A stretch of 64,000 bases of DNA, taken from a virus. The DNA lies in IMG/VR virus record IMGVR_UViG_3300005573_000058, positions 64,001 to 128,000 of that record. One strand, given 5' to 3'. The position numbers and the translations under genes are program-made. Below the pieces are notes generated by a model. The model did no database searches. It was not told the origin of the DNA and saw only the letters and a program-made list of their open reading frames with translations. Shown here piece by piece: positions 59,583-64,000 of this stretch. The stretch's first letter is position 1. Every line of letters starts with the position of its first letter.

Positions 59583-59862
59583 TTTATATAGTATTATTCA
59601 GATAGAGTTAGATTTTAATAAATTGCCACAATATGTTATTGATGGTATGTATGACGTACTAGATAATGTTAATAGTTTTGAATTTATAATTATATGGTTG
59701 TGTGTATTTAAACATATGAGCTATATAGAGATAACTAAAAGATTATGTGCAGCAGGATTTCAAATATCTAGTGAAAGTATAAGACTTATATTAAAACGAT
59801 TTTATAAAAATGTTGAAAATTATGTTTTAAAATCTAGAAATGAAAAGAAGGAGGTAAAATGA
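59563..59862 (+). CDS. Small HTH protein resembling sigma region 4
   Basis: E..II.L....MSY.EI...L...IS.ESIR pattern. Confidence 0.5.
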   Translation: MKRQNSSLYSIIQIELDFNKLPQYVIDGMYDVLDNVNSFEFIIIWLCVFKHMSYIEITKRLCAAGFQISSESIRLILKRFYKNVENYVLKSRNEKKEVK

Positions 59863-60091
59863 GTTTATTAAAAAAATTCTTGTCTAAGATTTTTAGTATT
59901 TTTACAGGAAAAAAGAAGAAAAACGTTGTTTGTGTATATGTTAATCATGTATATTATAATAATGAAGATGTGATGAATGCATTAGATAAAGATTTAAAAA
60001 ATGTATTTAGAGAAACGGATTATGATATTATATATGTCCCAGATAACGTTGTTATTAAAATAAATTCAATTAATTAAACAAGGAGGTAGAC

Positions 60092-60514
60092 ATGTTTCAT
60101 AGAAGAGCAAAAGTTATAATAAAACCTGCCAATGTTATCGGCGGTAGAAGACCCCCATCAAATGTCAGGCAAACATCATCAACAGAAGCAACAAAAGCAG
60201 AGGAAGAACTTACTAAAAAACCGGAAGAAGATGTTAAAAAACTAGAAGAAAAAACTGTTGAAGAGGAAAAGGATATTAAAGTTATCATTGACAAAAATGA
60301 TATTAAACAAGAAGAACAACCAGATGCTGAACAACCAACTATGGAACAATCTGATGTTACTACGGTTTCTTCTGAAGAATCATTAGATCAGGTTGAATCA
60401 CAGAAGAACGAACAAAACGAACAAGAAGAAAATAAACAATTTGAAACAACGCAGAAAAAGAAGAAAAAGAAAAAAGATAAAAAATATGATATAAATAACA
60501 GTAATATAGTTTAA
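60092..60514 (+). CDS. Low-complexity charged protein
   Basis: E/Q/K-rich ORF with SD. Confidence 0.7.
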   Translation: MFHRRAKVIIKPANVIGGRRPPSNVRQTSSTEATKAEEELTKKPEEDVKKLEEKTVEEEKDIKVIIDKNDIKQEEQPDAEQPTMEQSDVTTVSSEESLDQVESQKNEQNEQEENKQFETTQKKKKKKKDKKYDINNSNIV

Positions 60515-60528
60515 TATGTGGAGGTGAT

Positions 60529-61647
60529 ATGGAAAAAAAGAAAATATTAATAGTAGCGGATGATCCGTTTACGAAGTCAGGTTTTGGCAATGTGATGTAT
60601 AATTTACTAAAAAATGAAAGATTTACTACATCTTTTGATATAACGTATATTACTAAGAATAGTCCTCTTGAGCGACAGCTTGAAAATGTTACATTTATAC
60701 CGAATAAATTAGGAGGATGGATTGGCGAACGAATATTGGAAAAAACTCTTAGTGAAAACGACAATTATGATTTGATCTTTATATATGATGATATAGATGT
60801 AATACTATTACATTATTTTGGATCATCGATATATCATTTTCAGGGTAATGAAAAATTGTTTGATAAAAAAGTATTAGCATATGTGCCTGTAGATACTTAT
60901 AGATTACATCCAACATGGATAACACAGCTAAAGAAAATACCTAATTTATCTTTACTCGCAATGAATAAATATGGTTATAACTTATTGAATGATGCTGATA
61001 TAAGTTGTATTGATTATTTATATCATACTATAGATTTTGATTTATTTCAACCACCTGAAGATGATACAAAAAGAGATGGTTTTTTATATATTGGTAGATT
61101 GGATGTAAGAAAAAATGCTGAAATGTTATTAGAACTTGCCAACTTTCTAACATTTAATAATCAAAAGGTAACACTGAGAATTATGCTAGATCAATATTCG
61201 TCTTATTTATTACAGTCTAAACTCAAACAAAATGATAATTTAAATGTTATTACAACGCCAATTAAAACAGAAGATATAGTAAATCTTTATAGAACACATA
61301 AATATTTTATAACCATGACACATTTTGAGGGATTTGGATTACCATTTTTAGAATCTGCTAGATGTAAATTACCTGTTATAGCATTTGAAAATCCAGTAAC
61401 AGATGAAATAATGGGAGGTAATTATTTCAGGATACCTGTTATGAACCATACTTATGAAAGAAGTTACAATATGCGTATATTTAAAGAATGGCATATTGAG
61501 GATGTTAAACATTATATTGAAACAATAAACGAACGCGAAACGGAATACAAGATTATACAGCAAGGAGCATATGATTATTCCAATATATTTAGACCTGAAA
61601 ATGTATATGACAAATTTATGTCTATATTAAACAAAGTTTTTGAATGA
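60529..61647 (+). CDS. GT4-family (GT-B) glycosyltransferase
   Basis: GRLDVRKN and EGFGLPFLE. Confidence 0.88.
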   Translation: MEKKKILIVADDPFTKSGFGNVMYNLLKNERFTTSFDITYITKNSPLERQLENVTFIPNKLGGWIGERILEKTLSENDNYDLIFIYDDIDVILLHYFGSSIYHFQGNEKLFDKKVLAYVPVDTYRLHPTWITQLKKIPNLSLLAMNKYGYNLLNDADISCIDYLYHTIDFDLFQPPEDDTKRDGFLYIGRLDVRKNAEMLLELANFLTFNNQKVTLRIMLDQYSSYLLQSKLKQNDNLNVITTPIKTEDIVNLYRTHKYFITMTHFEGFGLPFLESARCKLPVIAFENPVTDEIMGGNYFRIPVMNHTYERSYNMRIFKEWHIEDVKHYIETINERETEYKIIQQGAYDYSNIFRPENVYDKFMSILNKVFE

Positions 61648-61661
61648 AAGAGAGGTGAAGT

Positions 61662-62981
61662 ATGTATAGACAGAAAAAAATTCTCTTTATTGGAGATAGC
61701 AGTTTGCTAGTAACAGGTTATGCAACTGTAATTAGAAATTTATTGAAGTATTTAGAATTTTTACATCCTGAAAATTCTTATTCACATTTAGGTTGGTATC
61801 ATCCTATGAATGTATTTAATAGTAATTTACTTCTTGATGGCGATATGTATTTTAATTATATACCTGTAATTCCAACAGAACAAGATAAAATAGGTGTAAT
61901 AACGCTTCCAAAAGTAATAAATGAATATAAGCCTGATATTGTTGTTGTTGTGAATGATCCATGGTTTATTGATGTTGTACCATCAGTTATTTCATCTTCT
62001 ACTAAAAATTTCTTTCTTATTAATTATATGGCTATTGATTCTAAACCTATGATAACTAAATATTATAAATCTGTTAATAACAAAGGAATTATTCAGGATA
62101 TAGAAAGTTCGTTAAAAACAGCAGATATGATCATATTGTTTACAGAATTTGCTAAAGAAGTATTTCTAGAATGTTTACCTGATTATGATAAAGAAAAAAT
62201 AAAAGTAATTCCACATGGTGTAGATCCATTTATTTATTATCCTCTTAACAAAGAACATGCTATCCAGGTTATATATCGTCATCTTGGTATTGATTTATCT
62301 GATAAATATGTATTTGGTTTTGTATCAGCAAATCAACCAAGAAAAAATATACCACAGTTAATACATGCCTTTTCTAAAGTTGTAAATAAATGGAAGCATC
62401 AACTTAAAGAAAACTATAATAAGACTATACAATGCCGTAAACCATTCTTATTTTTGTATACATCAGATACCACATTTGGATGGAACATTTATGAACTATT
62501 AAAAGAGTATAATGTTCAAAATTTCTCTTACGTTTTTACAAGTGGACCATTAGGTACTGGCAAAGAATCGTCATTTATGAATGTTGTATATAATGCTTTC
62601 GATGTATTAGTTATGCCTAGTAATAGAGAAGGATGGGGTTTACCAGCATTAGAAGCATTAGCTACAGGAACTCCTATTATAGTGACGAAATGGGGACCTC
62701 TATATGATTGGTCAAAGGATGTTGCTATACCTATTGATACTAAATATTTTACAAGAGCATTTGGTACTAATTATTTAGAAGCACATGTTGATATTGATGA
62801 TTTATATGCTAAAATGTTTATGATGTATAATAAATATAAAAGTAATAAAGGTTATAGAGATGATAAATGTATAGAATTTGCTCATAAATTCTCTTGGGAT
62901 AAGGTTGCTGATATGTGGGCAGAGGTTTTTTCTCAAATTCCTGTTAAAAATAAAACAAATGATACAGGATTAACAATTTAA
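61662..62981 (+). CDS. GT4-family (GT-B) glycosyltransferase
   Basis: IPHGVD, NQPRKN, EGWGLPALEA. Confidence 0.9.
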   Translation: MYRQKKILFIGDSSLLVTGYATVIRNLLKYLEFLHPENSYSHLGWYHPMNVFNSNLLLDGDMYFNYIPVIPTEQDKIGVITLPKVINEYKPDIVVVVNDPWFIDVVPSVISSSTKNFFLINYMAIDSKPMITKYYKSVNNKGIIQDIESSLKTADMIILFTEFAKEVFLECLPDYDKEKIKVIPHGVDPFIYYPLNKEHAIQVIYRHLGIDLSDKYVFGFVSANQPRKNIPQLIHAFSKVVNKWKHQLKENYNKTIQCRKPFLFLYTSDTTFGWNIYELLKEYNVQNFSYVFTSGPLGTGKESSFMNVVYNAFDVLVMPSNREGWGLPALEALATGTPIIVTKWGPLYDWSKDVAIPIDTKYFTRAFGTNYLEAHVDIDDLYAKMFMMYNKYKSNKGYRDDKCIEFAHKFSWDKVADMWAEVFSQIPVKNKTNDTGLTI

Positions 62982-63432
62982 TAAGGAGGTAATATGGCTG
63001 CAAAAGACTTATTTGAAAGATTATTTGGATTTGTTAAAGCTAAAAAGACAGTTAAAACAGAAGGATTAACCAAATCGAAAACACAAACAAAAATTACATC
63101 TGCTGATATTTCTGAATCACAAAATACTGATAATGAATCTATAAAATCTAAACATAAATCTAAGAAAAATAAAACAAATACGGAACTAAAGTAAAAGGAG
63201 GATAGAATGGGTACAAAAGATATATTTGGAAAAATATTTAAGTTAATCAGACCCCAGGGTTATATTGCAGGAAATATTCTTTTTAAAAAAATGTTTAAAT
63301 TGATCAGTAAAGAAAATGATAATTCTCAATCCGGATCCGGAGGAGGAGGTGGCGGCGGAGGTGGAGGAATAATTGAACCTAGACCAAAGGGTAGATAATA
63401 ATATAATATTAACTTTAAAATGGAGGCAATAT

Positions 63433-63594
63433 ATGGATGAAAGTAAAAAAATAAAAATAAAAGTTATAAAACCAGAAATTTATTCAAGAGTTGTTGGTTA
63501 TTTTAGACCTGTTCAAAATTGGAACACAGGAAAACAACAAGAATTTAAGGAAAGACATGTACATTATGTTAATGAACATAAGACTACTGAATAA
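63433..63594 (+). CDS. Stand-alone NrdD glycyl-radical domain (53 aa)
   Basis: EIYSRVVGYFRPVQNWNTGKQQEF; GGAGG before ATG 63433. Confidence 0.88.
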   Translation: MDESKKIKIKVIKPEIYSRVVGYFRPVQNWNTGKQQEFKERHVHYVNEHKTTE

Positions 63595-63623
63595 AAAGAA
63601 TAACATTTAACAAAGGAGGTTCT

Positions 63624-64000
63624 ATGAAAAAGGTTTACATAATAGCACCAGTTACATCTAAAGTAGGTCTCAAAACATATGGTATTAATTATTATAAGAT
63701 GCTAAAAAATAACAAGTCATTATCTGTTTATCTGGTTGATGAAAAAAGAACAACTGACAACACAACAGATGTTATTAGTCAACTTCCAGATTTAACGTTA
63801 TTTCCATCATTTGAATATATTATGACTATATTAGATGATAAATCTATTGTTATTGATGCTAGTTATAAAATTGACAACAGAATTAAAAATATCATATCTA
63901 GTACTAAGTGTTCTTATTATAAGTTTATTGATCTAGATATTGATAGACAAGCAACAAATATTGCTTCTTTCTTATATGATCTTGATATACCTGCTATATT
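63624..64000 (+). CDS. Partial ORF running off the window, possibly a third glycosyltransferase
   Basis: SD; MKKVYIIAP...G...YG N-terminus resembles GT-B proteins. Confidence 0.5.
   Translation, partial: MKKVYIIAPVTSKVGLKTYGINYYKMLKNNKSLSVYLVDEKRTTDNTTDVISQLPDLTLFPSFEYIMTILDDKSIVIDASYKIDNRIKNIISSTKCSYYKFIDLDIDRQATNIASFLYDLDIPAI

Overview
A 64-kb piece of a large, very AT-rich dsDNA bacteriophage genome with strong GGAGG Shine-Dalgarno sites and nearly all genes on the + strand. The class III RNR suggests an anaerobic host. All family calls come from motif recognition by eye; no searches were run. Layout: (i) a non-coding, repeat-rich segment (about 690-1650). (ii) An early operon with an RNase H fused to a single-subunit two-barrel (YonO/cellular-RdRP-like, GDYDGD) RNA polymerase. 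(iii) An array of about 11 small-gene cassettes (6.75-13.0 kb), each fronted by a conserved, covarying multi-hairpin module and usually closed by its own terminator; one cassette encodes a DUF1874/AcrIII-1 anti-CRISPR ring nuclease. (iv) A tRNA-Glu, a frameshifted TROVE-like fragment, and a 2-kb non-coding block with an AT-rich palindrome, nine phased DnaA boxes and several tandem repeats. (v) A family of small Cys-rich paralogs, a second two-barrel RNA polymerase, a MoxR/vWA pair, a stand-alone RNase H, a minimal ligase and a 720-aa retron-like reverse transcriptase with two large insertions and no adjacent ncRNA. (vi) A DNA metabolism block: SbcD, SbcC, UDG, a two-intein NrdD whose glycyl-radical domain is encoded separately 16.6 kb away, a Clp-like ATPase, a sigma factor, PolB, a free-standing degenerate intein, a primase-helicase and glycosyltransferases. 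The best candidates for a new system are the hairpin-delimited anti-defence cassette array and the set of two RdRP-like polymerases, two RNase H domains and the atypical RT; a functional link between them is only a hypothesis.
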